Shown: piece by piece, positions 1-16,374 of the stretch | Position numbering within the stretch: position 1 is the stretch's first letter | Layout of the letters: every line of letters begins with the position of its first letter | Source: the human T2T-CHM13v2.0 reference genome, Homo sapiens | Direction: 5' to 3' (one strand) | NCBI RefSeq assembly: GCF_009914755.1 | Contig: NC_060937.1 | Length of the DNA: 64,000 nucleotides | Translations under genes and position numbers: made by a program | The notes under the pieces: model-generated | Databases searched by the model: none | What the model was told of the DNA's origin: nothing | Seen by the model: only the letters and a program-made list of their open reading frames with translations

Positions 1-351
1 GGGGAATGATTTCTGTAATAGATACGGTTTATTTTAATTGTGGTGATAAACCATGCCTTCAGTAGAGACCTCTGAGAGTAACAATAGCAGCTAATTTATT
101 TTTAGCTGTTATTTGCAGAGAAGTGTAGTTTATAAGTTATACATGATCTTATTTGATATTCACAGAAGCCTAATGAGGCAGGATGCATTCATTCCTTCAT
201 TATTTTATTTATTTAACAAATTCCTACTAATTGCTAGTGGTGTGCTGGGCACATCCAGAGGTGCTGTTGACACAGTAGTGAGCAAGGTAGATCTGGTCTT
301 ATCCTCAGGGACTTTATAGTTTAGTTAGAGCTGGTATAATTAACATTCCTG

Positions 352-655
<304 letters not shown>

Positions 656-1153
656 TATAATTAACATTCCTATTTATCAGTCCAACCAGAGTTCAGATTG
701 ATTTGTATCTGTCTGTGATCCAGGGTCTCTGAGACCTCATTTATATTTAGCTGCCTGATCTTGCTGAGGAAAGGCACCCTGTGAAGAGGTCTAACTCCAG
801 GAAGCTTCCATGGGGCATTTGTGCAGACAGAAACTCGGAAGGTGCTAGACATTGTGTAAAGGCAGCTGGTGAACAATGCCCTTCCAAATGTGAGATTATT
901 TTTGGGAGGGCCTAAGGGATAAGACTTTATCATTCTGATTTACTTGCTTGAGGATATTGTCCTTCTCTGGGATGGAGACTTTCAAGAACCAGAGTTGGGG
1001 TTTTGTGTCTGTATCATCCCTGGATCTAATTTCATTCTAACTGGCACCTGCACAGAGGTTTTTACTTACTGCACCTTGATGAGGAGAGGTGTGCTCAGTT
1101 TCACTGTCATAAACCAAGTGGTTATTGAAAGAATTGAGAGACTGCTAGGGTCT

Positions 1154-1866
1154 TGATATTGTTTGGCTGTGTCCCCACCTGGATTAGTTTGTTTTCACAC
1201 TGCTGATATAGACATACCTGACACTGGGAAGAAAAAGAGGTTTAATTGGAATTACAGTTACACATGGCTGGGGAGGCCTCAGAATCATGGTAGGAGGTGA
1301 AAGGCACTTCTTACATGGCAGAGGCAAGAGAAAATGAAGATGCAAAAGTAGAAACCCCTGATAAAACCATCAGATCTCGTGAGACTTATTCAGTGCCATG
1401 AGAACAGTATGGGGAAACCACCCCTACGATTAAATTCTCTCCCACTGGGTCCCTCCCACAACATGTGGGAATTATGGGAGTACAATTCAAGATGAGATTT
1501 GGGTGGTGACACGGCTTGGCTATGTCCCCACCCAAATCTCATCTTGACTTGTTGCTCCCACAATTCCCATGTGTTGTGGGAGGGACCCCGTGAGAGGTAA
1601 TTGAATCATAGGGGGCAGGTCTTTCCTGTGCTATTCTCATGATAGTGAATAAATCTCATGTGATCTGATGGTTTTATAAAGGAGAGTTTCCCTGCACAAG
1701 CTCTCTTCTCTTTTCTGCCACCACAGGAGATGTGTCTTTCACCTTCCACCATGATTGTGAGGCCTCCCCAGCAACATGGAACTGTGAGTCCATTAAACCT
1801 TTTTCTTTTGTAAATTGCTCAGTCTCGGGTATGTCTTTATCAGCAGCATAAAAACAGACTAATACA
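1154..1866 (+). mobile_element. THE1 (THE1C-like) MaLR solo LTR, interrupted near its 5' end by an inverted THE1 LTR
   Basis: TGATATTGTTTGGCTGTGTCCCCACC start; resumes at 1516; ends CAGACTAATACA; 5-bp TSD GGTCT at 1149-1153 and 1867-1871. Confidence 0.9.
1180..1515 (-). mobile_element. THE1 (THE1A-like) LTR in inverted orientation, lacking ~12 nt of its 5' end
   Basis: Reverse complement of THE1: TGGATTAGTTTGTTTTCACACTGCTGATA...GATGAGATTTGGGTGGTGACACGGC. Confidence 0.88.
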
Positions 1867-2101
1867 GGTCTACTGGGATAGAGGTCAGCCTACCCCCAGG
1901 ACAAGGAAGGATGCAGATGCCTCTCTGAGGAGCTCCCAGTGGTGTTGGCAGTGAAACAGGTGGCTGGCCATGAAGATAAGCACATCTAGATTTTAAAGTG
2001 CCCATCAAGAGTATAGAAGTCAGCAGCTGACACCACACGGTTGGGACATTCACTGGCTGGGTACACAGTCCTTTACAGGGTGGACTTGGCAGGGAAGTGT
2101 T

Positions 2102-3138
<1,037 letters not shown>

Positions 3139-3497
3139 GGGAAGGGTTCTTTACCCCCCTCCTACCTCCCTGGAGAAGCTCACAAGAAAGGCATATAGAT
3201 TTAAAATGACATATAGATTTAAAAGGACAGCAAAAATATTAATTGCATGACACCAGTTATCAAAGGACTCAGTGAGATTAAGTGGGGTGGGAGATGGATT
3301 TATAGATTATAACCCTCCCAACACCTATTCACAAATTTACCCCCCAAACATGTGTTGAACATTACACAGAGAATGGGGTTAAAGAAAAGGTCCAGCTCCC
3401 ACACATTACATTAAAATATATTTCTGATTATGTCTCTTTTGGGTAATAAGAGTCTACATGAATTTTACCACCTGTGTGACTCTGAAAAAGTTGCTTG

Positions 3498-4528
3498 TGT
3501 CAATCTTAAATAATCAGATTCAGAAAATAGGATTAAGTAGAGAGCTTATTTGAGAGCAAAGCATGAGCATAGCTACCCATGTAACATAGACTGCCAAAGA
3601 ATGGAATCAGTGCAGGAAAGTTAACTTCCCAAAGCAAAGAAGTTAAGTTTTAACTTATACAGCCAGAAGCAGAGAAACTTAAGAGTTGAAACATATTTCC
3701 GCTCAAGGCCAATACATATGTTACAGTAATTTGATTGGTTACAGTTTGCTGCATCCCAAGAAAGATTGCTTTAACATTCCCTACGGAGGAGGAATGGACT
3801 CCAGGGGGTCTTATCTCTGGTGTCTTTCAGTCTTTCCTAATCATCTACAGCAGGGGTCCCCAACCCCCACCCCCAGGCCACAGACCTTTACCAGTTTTTG
3901 GCCTGTTGGGAACTGGGCTGCACAGTAGAAGGTGAGCCAGAGAAGCTTCATCTGTATTTATAGCCACTCCCCATCACTTGCATTACCACCTGAGCTCCAC
4001 CTCCTGTCAGATCAGCGACGGCATTAGATTCTCATAGGAGCACAAACCCTATTGTGAACTGTACATGCCAGGGATCTAGGTTGCATGCTCCTTCTGAGAA
4101 TCTAATGCCCAATGATCTGTCACTGTCTCCTAAAAACCCCAGATGGGACTGTATAGTTGCAAGAAAATAAGCCCAGGGCTTGCACTGATTCTGCATTATG
4201 GTGAGTTGTATTAGTATCATTTTTCATTATATATTACAATGTAATAATAGAAATAAAGTACGCACTAAATGTAATGTGGTTGAATCATCCTGAAACCACC
4301 CTCCCACACTGGCCCCATCCATGGAAAAATTGTCTTCTGTGAAACCGGTCCCTGGTCCCAAAAATGTTGGGGACCACTGATCTACAAGAATAAGAAAGAG
4401 AGTTAATCTATAACTGGGGAAGCAGAGGTTGCGGCTGCATGCTGCATGACCCAGGCTATATAGCCACATTTCTCTCAAGGCTCAAAATAATTCAAAGCAG
4501 TTTTAAGTTTGAATTATTTAATGTCACA
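3498..4528 (-). mobile_element. ERV1-class (MER4-group-like) solo LTR, split by MER1A and itself interrupting a MIR
   Basis: TG...CA termini; near 4-bp TSD CTTG/CTTA; MIR core on both sides (~3470-3497 and 4529-4650). Confidence 0.65.
3851..4379 (+). mobile_element. MER1A hAT-Charlie DNA transposon
   Basis: TIRs CAGGGGTCCCCAAC...GTTGGGGACCACTG; ~530 bp; 8-bp TSD ATCTACAG/ATCTACAA. Confidence 0.9.
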
Positions 4529-4729
4529 CTTAACCATTCAGAGTCTGTTTTTCCTCTGCAAAGATGGGGAAAATAATAGCACCTTCTTCATGGGAATTTT
4601 AACCTATGCTTGCCACTTAGTAAACCCTGGCAAGGCACTCACAGTTGCTCATTTCTTGCCCTCTGCTTTGTCTTGACCCTGTCGTGTTCCCAGTCAGTTT
4701 CTCCTGGGAGTCAACTGAGTACAGTGAGC

Positions 4730-4978
4730 CCAACTTTTCCAGTCCAACTCCATGGATCATTTCCCCTGGCTTGTCCAGTTTTCCCTAAAGATTCTGCTAA
4801 TCTCTACTTACCACCTCCTTCATCCTATTAAACAAAACTTTTTCAGCTTGATTTTGAGACACTTCCAAACCTTATGATGAAGGCATTCTTTCTACTGCAA
4901 TAGTCCCATTCCCTCCCTTGCAAGAATCCTTTTGAATAAGTCTCTCCTTACTAAGTCCTGATCTGTTTCTTTGATAGC
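4730..4978 (+). mobile_element. ERV LTR 3' fragment, apparently the same family as 18043-18615
   Basis: Its reverse complement resembles the start of the 18043 element (shared TCAAAAGGATT..TGCAA..GGGA segment). Confidence 0.45.
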
Positions 4979-5198
4979 ACTTAATAAATATTAGCTGGTA
5001 ACTACCAATACTCAGTTTTAACCAATATCCAGATTCAGCAGGAAAGCCAGGAAGCCTGGGGCTGACCAACTTCTACTTGAGAGTATCCACTGCACTCAGA
5101 AATTGCTAAAGGTTACATCTGTAGGTCTGTGTATCTTTCCAAAATGCCTTGCCTTTGGTTGCTAGCTTTTGTTTTCCAAACAACAGAAGATGGTGTAT

Positions 5199-5542
5199 TG
5201 ATATGGTTTGGGTGTGTCCCCACCCAAATCTTATCTTGAATTCTCATGTGTTGTGGGAGGGACCCAGTGGGAGGTGATTGAATCCTGGGGGCAGGTCTTT
5301 CCTATGCTGTTCTTGTGATAGTGAATAAGTCTCATGATATTTAATTGTTTTAAAAAGGGGAGTGTCCCTGCACAAGCTCTCTTCTCTTGTCTGCCACCAT
5401 GTAAGACGTGCCTTTCACCTTCCACCATGATTGTGAGGCCTCCCCAGCCATGTAGAACTGTAAGTCCATTAAACCTCTTTCTTTTGTAAATTGCCTAGTC
5501 TCAGGTATGTCTTTATAAGCAGTGTGAAAATTGGCTAATTCA
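5199..5542 (+). mobile_element. THE1 (THE1C-like) solo LTR
   Basis: TGATATGGTTTGG...GGCTAATTCA; near 5-bp TSD TGTAT/TCTAT. Confidence 0.92.
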
Positions 5543-6266
5543 TCTATATTGCTTCACTCTTTCATATCTGAACATTCAGGTCCCCACTTGGTTCAAGAAG
5601 AAAATTATTTCTCTTAAGAGTTGTCATTTTGGAGTGTGTGTGGCACCTGCTGTCCAGGCTGGATTCATTGGGTTTCTGCAGAGCAGAGAGGGTCAGTTGC
5701 CTCAGGGCAGAGGTGGGGACAAGCTACACCAAAAGTTTACCCCTTGAGGGCTGTCAAAACTCAGAGGAGTGGCTAGGCAGGATGTTAGTCTGTGTTTTCA
5801 GCCTCCTGGGATGTTCCTCCCCCTGGAATTGTTTTGCTGAGTTAGGAGGAGAGGGGAATTCTGCTTTGAAACCTGCTCTGCAGAAGCCAGTTTTTCAGGT
5901 TTGAGGGTCCCCAGGGATCAGTTTTCATAACAGAGAAGGTGACTGAGTTGTTGACACCCAACAGGCTCCTGTTGTTCCTGCTGACAGCTTAGCGTTCTCC
6001 TTGCGGGTCCTCCCAGCTCCCCCTCCTGGTTCCTTTTCTTTCTATCCTGTTCTTGGTTCTCCCTGACTGGAAAATGTCACCTCTTGACTGAGTCTACCTG
6101 TCTACACTGCAGAACCACAGGGAGATGAGAACAATCATACATCTCTATATGACCTTTCCCATTTCAGATGGCAGAAATTCCTAAGTGTGGGAGATTTTGT
6201 TGTTGGATTAACTGGTATTGGCTGTCCATGCCTTGAGGGCAATCACCAACTCTGCTGGGTGCCTAC

Positions 6267-7019
6267 TGACAGAGACCCTGATTGGCCAAACTCTAGACGT
6301 GGTCCTCTGAGCCCCTCATTGATGAAGCCCCATCCTCAGGCCTTGTCCTCAAGAATCTGGTTGTAACAAGAAAACTAGGCCCAGCACAGTGGCTCATACC
6401 TGTATTCCCAGCACTTCGGGAGGCCAAGGTGGGAGGATGGCTTCAGTCCAGGAGTTTGAGACCAGCCTGGGCAACATAGTGAGACCTCATCTCTACAAAA
6501 ACTAAAATGTACCTGAGTGTGGTGGTTCATGCCTGTGGTCCCTGCTACCCAAGAGCTGAGGTGGGAGGACTGCTTGAGCCTGGGAGGTTGAGGCTGCAGT
6601 GAACCATGATCATGCCACCGCAGTCCAGGCTGGGTGACAGAGCAAGATTTTTTTTTTTTTTAAATAGTCCTGCTAAGTTAGGAGATGGATATCTAATCAC
6701 TCTTGATATCTGATTGTGTTCCTTATCCCACACCATTGCCCAGGGGATGTCTTGTCACCCTGGCCTGCCTTCAGCAAGAATCCTGTTAGGTCTGTTTAAC
6801 CAGAAGCTCCCCAACCCCCAACACCCCCATGTTTCCTCTTATTAATTTTCCATCCACTGACCCCAACTCTACCCTTTGGCTGTAAATCTCCGCCTGCCCA
6901 TGCTGAATCTGGAATGGAGCCCAGTTCTGCACCGATATCATTGCCCCCTCTTGTAGTAGTTCCTGAATAAAATCTGTCTTTACTGCTTTAACGCCAGTGC
7001 AGCTCTGGTTTTCTTTACA
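6267..7019 (+). mobile_element. MER31-like ERV1 LTR, split by an Alu
   Basis: Contains CACCCTGGCCTGCCTTCAGCAAGAATCCTGTTAGGTC; AATAAA near 6966; TG..CA ends; near TSD CTAC/CTAT. Confidence 0.75.
6378..6663 (+). mobile_element. AluJ-type SINE ending in a T-run rather than an A tail
   Basis: Alu dimer with AluJ diagnostics (GAGGATGGCTT..CAGGAG, ATGATCATGCC). Confidence 0.9.
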
Positions 7020-8046
7020 CTATAATAAAAGCTCTATTAGTTTTTATTAGTTGTTGATGATGATGGCTGGGCAGTTCCCTTTCTTTTAATTGTTTTTACT
7101 CCTCCTAACTCAATTTTTATTGTTTCTTTTTAAAAGAAATCTATCCTCCTCTCCCCAGTAAAAATCCCACTCAGACAATTTGTGATCTAGTTGAAGTTTG
7201 CTTGCCTAAAGCAAGCTTTCAGAACAACTGGGCTCCCAGAATAATGAGAGAAGGTTGTATTTATAGTTCAAGTTATTATATAGCAGTTGACAGTTTCATT
7301 TTGATTTAAAGTCCTGTCTCTGATAATAGGAAAAAGGATCACAGCTTATCTCTGGCTGTAAGGCTTTAGAATGGCCTGTAATTCAAGGCTTATCTCTGGG
7401 AATGCATGGCTTTTAAAAATGTAAATCTTTCCTGGGCTCTGGTAGTTGCCGTCTTGTATCAGATGGGGCTAAGCTAAGGATGAGAATGTCAGTTTTATTT
7501 TTTCAGGTTGTCTTATAAGCAAATTCTACCTCAAAGGCATGAATTTGACCAAATATGTCTGTTCTAGATTTTCTGATCTAGTATAATTAACTTGATGTTC
7601 TTTTTTATTTGGTTGGTTTTGCTTACATAGGCACAGAAAGAAGTAGTGGTTATTACATAAAGACCTCCTTGTATGCTTGATCATAAGATATTAAGGTTAA
7701 GGAGTGAATTTGTGTCTGCGACTCCATCACAAAGCCCCTGGATTCATATTTTTGATCACTTTTATTATGCCAGAAATATTCTCTGTTGCCTTTAGTAGTT
7801 CATCTATTTCCATTTCAGGAACCAAAAACATGTATTCAGTTTCCCCTTGGAGTGCCTTTAACTGTAAGGTTTATCTTCTTTCTCTGAAATCTTCATATTT
7901 ACTTTTCCTGGCTGACCAAGAAGTACAAGTCTTGACATCCTGTAAGGCTGGGACTCTGTAAGCCCCAGGGAAGGCTGTAGAGCAGTCTTCCAGGAGGATT
8001 CTGTAGGCATCATTTCCACATGAAGTATATAGTCCTTGTTCCTTAA

Positions 8047-8909
<863 letters not shown>

Positions 8910-9011
8910 TTAATAATGGGCTGGTCAAACTCAATTAAATGAGATTTAAATGAGACGCTTCTGGAACGGTTACAAGTTTGGTTTATCCAATTATATCATT
9001 AAAAAGACAGA

Positions 9012-9219
<208 letters not shown>

Positions 9220-9745
9220 TAACTACATTGCTGTGAAAAGTAAAAGAGTTTAATGAAGGCACTTTGATTGTTTGGGTCAGTTTTGCAGACAAAGGCAGTC
9301 AATACCAGTGTTTTCTATACACCCATCATCCTTAAGTTCTTGCTGATCCATTAGCTTATAATTTATATCCAGATATTCTACAGGGTATCTCCCCTGAGTT
9401 CTGAAGTAAGATTTGGAGCAACATACCATCCAATGAGTATGTTCTTGCAATTTGCATAGGATTAGTCTGCTAAATTATAGAAAGAAGAGATAGATCAATA
9501 TGTAAGAAAAATTGTTTCCTCTGCCTCCTGTAAGGAAAAGGACACTAACCACAGTTAAATTACCCCTTTCAGTTCACTTTAGTCCTACACATTTAATTCC
9601 TGTTCTGCAGGAGCTTGGGTCAGCAGGTGGCTGTAAAGAGTCACCTGCTTCTGGGCCACAGGGTCCCTGGGAGTCCTGCCGCAGTCCTCTGGCACAGGCT
9701 GACGGGGCGTGATGTTACTTCACAGTATTCACGAGTCGTGAATAC

Positions 9746-10809
9746 TGTGGGAGCCAAGGGAAAACTTCCCTGTGCCCTCTGAAGGTTTGCTGAAAAATCA
9801 ATGTACAAAGGACAGATTAACTGGAGAAAAAGCATGCAAACTTATTAATGTGTACACAGGGGAGAATCACAGAGTAATCACTCCAATGCCCCAAGGCAGT
9901 GCAGAAGCTTATATACCATCTTGAGGTTACAGAAAGAATGGAGTTTCAAAGCCTTAAAAGACAAACGTCAGCTGAATTAAAATGCAAAGGAGTTCAGCTG
10001 AGCAATGAGCGATTCGCAAATCGGGCAGCCCCCAGAATCACAGCAGATTCTGAGTCTTCAGGTATGTGTTGTGATCAGAACAAATTTATAGACAAAAAAA
10101 GGGAAGAGATGTACAGACATTGGAAGTGAGGTACAGAAACAGCTCGATTGGTTACAGCTCAGCGTTTGCCTTATCTGAACGCAGTTTGAACGCTTAGCAG
10201 TCTATGAGTGGTTGAAGTATGGCCACTGGGATTGACCAAGACTCAGCTATTGTTACAGGTGCATACTCTTAACTTAGGTTTTAAATCTTGTCTGCCTATT
10301 AAGCTATGTTACCTAATAGGCATAGCTCGTATGCCTATTAAAAGTACGGAGTCCCCTTCAGGCCATAATTAGCTTCTCAGGCCATGTTTAGTTTGCTTTA
10401 ATAAGAGCAAGTCCCAAATCATGCCGTGGTTTTGTTATGGTGGTAACCATATTATGGTGGTAAATCAGGTTATACTGGCAAGACAGGTCATGGGAGGGGG
10501 GAGGCGAAGAGGCCTGGCCGGCAAAGGTGGTCTTGTTGTATAGATGAAACCTCACAGGTAGCAGCCCTCAGAGAGAATAGATGGTAAATGTTTCTTTCAG
10601 TTGTCTCAAGGTATCAGACTCTGAGTTAATCTTGCCTAGATGTGGACAAGGGAAGACCTGGCTGCATTAATGCAGATTCTCTGCAGATGCAAATCTCTCC
10701 TGCAAAACACAGCTCTGCAAGATGACTTCTGCCTGCTGGCTCTCTGAACAGCCATCTCACAATATGTCAAAGAAATATTTTTTGGGGTAAAACATTTTGA
10801 TTTCCTTCC
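9746..10809 (-). mobile_element. MER39/MER34-group ERV1 LTR, split by a MER57 LTR
   Basis: Reverse complement of the right end reads GAAGGAAATCAAAATGTTTTACCCCAAAAAATATTTCTTTGACATATTGTGAGATGGCTG, typical of MER39. Confidence 0.7.
9952..10403 (-). mobile_element. MER57 (A/B) ERV1 solo LTR
   Basis: CGATTCGCAAATCGGGCAGCCCCCAGAATCACAGCAG and GTTTAGTTTGCTTTAA match recalled MER57 consensus. Confidence 0.85.
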
Positions 10810-10979
10810 GTATCTAAAACTGTACTCTACTGAGGCTAACATTCTTTTGATATTTCTTCCAGAAGGCTAAATTCCTGATCTGTAGCTTGTAGCAAGGGTC
10901 TTTAGGCAAGAACAAGGGAAAAAGGGGAGGTGCCTTTTGGTGTTAAGACTGAATGGTTTTGGTTAATTTAGTATAGTAA

Positions 10980-11398
10980 TGTCAAAGAAAAATAGCACGG
11001 GACACTTGTGACAGGGGGCAAGGCAGACTTTACTCAGACTACTGCAGTAGGGGAGACAGACTCCAGGAGCAGCTGAGCTGAGCTGCAGCTAAAACAAAGG
11101 TGACTGAGATTTTTAAAGAGAGAACAGAAAGGGAACGAAAGGGGGCTCTAGAGAAATTAAAGACAGAACAAAAAAGAGACCTGGGGGCGCTATGAGGAAA
11201 TGGAAAATTTCAGAAAGGGTAAGTGGAGAATTATTGAAAGTGGTTTGGCAAAGTGGATTGGGATTACGGGCATTTTATGGTTTGGCAGCATTTTGTTTGC
11301 TTGAGCAAAAAATTCAGCATAGAAGGCTGGGGTCAGCTTTAGGGACACAACTTGGTACAGGTGGAGGCCAGGCTCAAATGTAGTCAGGTCTCTTGGCA
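10980..11398 (-). mobile_element. MER67-like ERV1 LTR
   Basis: TGTCAAAGAAAAATAGCAC...GGCAAGGCAGACTTTACTCAGACTACTGCAGTAGGGGAGA. Confidence 0.5.
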
Positions 11399-11594
11399 CG
11401 GTGTTCTGGTAAGTTCTTCGGGCCACATGGGAGGTCACAGTAACCAGTGGTAAGGGAGTGGAGGGGAGAGTGGAGCTCCCTGTAGGAGTACAGGAACAGT
11501 GTTTCAGGATTTTGAAATGACCGATTATCCTGAGGGTAAAAACATTCGTCTCCTGTCCATGTCAAGGATATGGACAATTATCCAGGGCTTTCTA

Positions 11595-12262
<668 letters not shown>

Positions 12263-12897
12263 AAATTGAGGAAGCAAAGTCTTTAAAAAACCAACTTCTT
12301 AATCATTAATGAACCAATCTTTATATTTCATTATGTGATTGCTCTGATCCATCCCGGAGGGCCTACGATGGTGAAAATGTTCATATTAATACCATTTTAC
12401 CTGTACTGAGTGATATGGTGGATGCAGCTTCTCTTTTGACTTGAGAGTTCTCAGATGGTTGCCTTGGTAATCAGGTCACCTCTCACCACGGTGCTGAGTC
12501 ATTTAACAAATTGGAGGGTGTCAACCCTGATTGTTTCCCAGACTTCCCTATTCCCAAGGGCACTGGGATGGGTTCTGTCACCCAGACCCAGATTCCCACA
12601 AGATTTCCTGCCCTGCCCTGCACACCTTTGCTCCTACACAGGCTCTGCTCTTCCCCGTCCCCGGAGTGTTCTCAGGATGAGGTTGAGGGATCCAACATCC
12701 AAAGACTCAGGGCCTTCTACCTTTCCTGACTCACTTCTCACTGCTCCCCTTGGGGCCCCCCACTTTGTTTTCGGGTTGGCCAAGTGGTTGATACCTGAGA
12801 GCCCATCAGGAAGTCTAGATGGTTATATTAACCGTGCCTTTTTCTTTTATGTATTTTTGAAGTTTTGACATCTTGGGGGCCTTGCTAACCTTAGAGA

Positions 12898-13752
<855 letters not shown>

Positions 13753-15015
13753 GACACTGACACTGCCTCTCCTAGGGTGAGCCAGTTCCTAGAGACGGTA
13801 AATGACTCACCTGTGAATGCACCTTCCATAGGCCAACCAACCAATCCAGAGCCCACACCCCACACCTGAGCTCTCACACTGCAGGTCACTGTGCCCTCAT
13901 CACCCAGGGCCAGGTAGTGGACTAACCCCTGGGACCCACAGCCTGCTGAAAACAATTCAAACTAGCCAACCCTATGGCAGTTTACTCTGCCTTGCGTGGT
14001 CCTTCCCTCAGGAAACACAATAAAGGCTCTTGCTCACGTTTTCCTCTCGCTCCTTCCATCTCCTAACCTGGGAGCTTTCTCGTGGGATCCCACATGGCAT
14101 GATGGGCCCCCAGCTCTTGGGAACTGGGAGAATAATAATCTTTTCAATGATAATCTCCTAGTCTGTTGATTTTACCATATCTGAATAATAAAGATTAAAC
14201 TAAAATATACGCACACACATTAGAAACACAAGGTGTTACTACTTCCCCTGAAAATATGGTGAGACTCACTCCCCTATCCCAAAGGAAACAAAATACTTCT
14301 CACTTCTTCCTCCTGAGTTGTTTCACCTCCATCCCTCCAGGGATCCAGGGAGAGTGAGGAGGGACTTCTTGTTAGAGGGACTTCTTGTTAGAGCAAGGAA
14401 ATTCTGTAAGTTTTGTCCCACCCTGAGATAAAGCCTAATGGTCTACCCTCATGCATTTCTATTTTCAAATCCTCTTTTTGTTTATTAAGAATAGCATTGA
14501 ACTTGGAGTTGGAGGCTGACCTGCCCTGTGTCCATCTGGCTTGGTGAGCTTTTTTGAGACCCAACTCCTCAGGGTCTTATTTTATGTCACTATTATATAT
14601 AAGACTTTTAGATAGAATTTCCTAATTCCTGTGATTCTATTTCTTTTGGTTTTAAAATTTTATCAGAATCTCACGCGTTAAGGGACATGATTATGTTTCC
14701 TTCGGGAACAGAAGCTAAGCAAATGCAGTATTTATTTATCTTTGCAGATAGAGAGCGGTTGACAGAGGCTCTCCAGTCTGAATTCCAGGGAATTCTTAAC
14801 TCAAGTGCTTGCTCTTGTTAGTTTCTATTTGTTACTATTAAAGAGGAGATTTTCCTTAATGATTTAATGGGAAGAAATCCTCTTAGTCAACAGGTCATCT
14901 GCTTTCACTGCCCACAACCACCCTGGCCCAGAGCTGGGGGCCTCTTAGCCTGGAACTACCAAAGACAAAAGCCTGTAAACCAATTTATCTGCCTCCAACC
15001 TCTCTGGGTCACCCT

Positions 15016-15475
15016 GTGTGTTGGTTTCCAGCAGTTGCTGGAGCACAGTACCACAAACCTGATGGCTTAAAACCACAAACATTTCTTTGTCACAGTTCTA
15101 GGGGATGGAAGTGTGAAGTCAGTGCTGGCGGGGTCTTGCTCCCTTTGAAACCTGCAGGGGAAGGTCCTTCCTTGCCTCTTCCAGCTCCTGGTGGCTCCAG
15201 GTGTTCCTCAGCTGGCGGCTGCATAACTTCAGCCTCTGCCTTTCTCTTCCCTCGGTCATCCTCTCCCCTTGTGTCTCTGAGGTCTTTCCACGACATTCTC
15301 CTCTTCTTATAAGGACTCAGTCATTTTGGATTGTGGACCCACCCTGTTCCAGTATGACCTCAGCTTAACGAATTATATCTGCAATGACCCTGTTTCCAAG
15401 TAAGCTCACATTCACACTTGTGGGGGGTGAGGACTTCAGCATATCTTTTTGAGGGACACAGTTCAATCTGTAATA
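15016..15475 (-). mobile_element. MLT1 (B/C-like) MaLR LTR
   Basis: TACCACAAACCTGATGGCTTAAAAC...CTTATAAGGAC...ATCTGCAATGACCCTGTTTCCAAGTAAG. Confidence 0.8.
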
Positions 15476-15933
15476 GCTTGCTTATAGTAATCTTCCTGCT
15501 TACTGTTGTTTTTCTCTGTGTCATTACTATAGAGAACACAAGGAAAGGACCTCGAGGTATTTATAACAAGAACTTACAAATAGAGGGGAGGGAAGTGTCC
15601 TCTGACCACTAAACTATACCTAATGGCTTAGTGCAGAGCGGTGTGAAGTCCACCAGAGAGTTGAGGCAGATCCTAATCTAAGACTCACCCGATGCAACCT
15701 GCTGCACACGGTGTCTGTGTAAGTGCTGTGGTGGGTTAGTCAGCCGAGGAAGCTGAGAAAAGGGAGAGCAGAGAGGACAGCAAAGGGGCACATCTTTTAG
15801 GCATCTGCAGGTCCCCAGACCGGGTCCTGGGAAGCTGGGTAGCCACATAGTGAAGGGCTGGATGATCCTGGGTTTATATCCTTACTCTCTTCATAAGTTG
15901 TATAACTTTGAACAACTTACTTAACCTCTTTAA

Positions 15934-16374
<441 letters not shown>

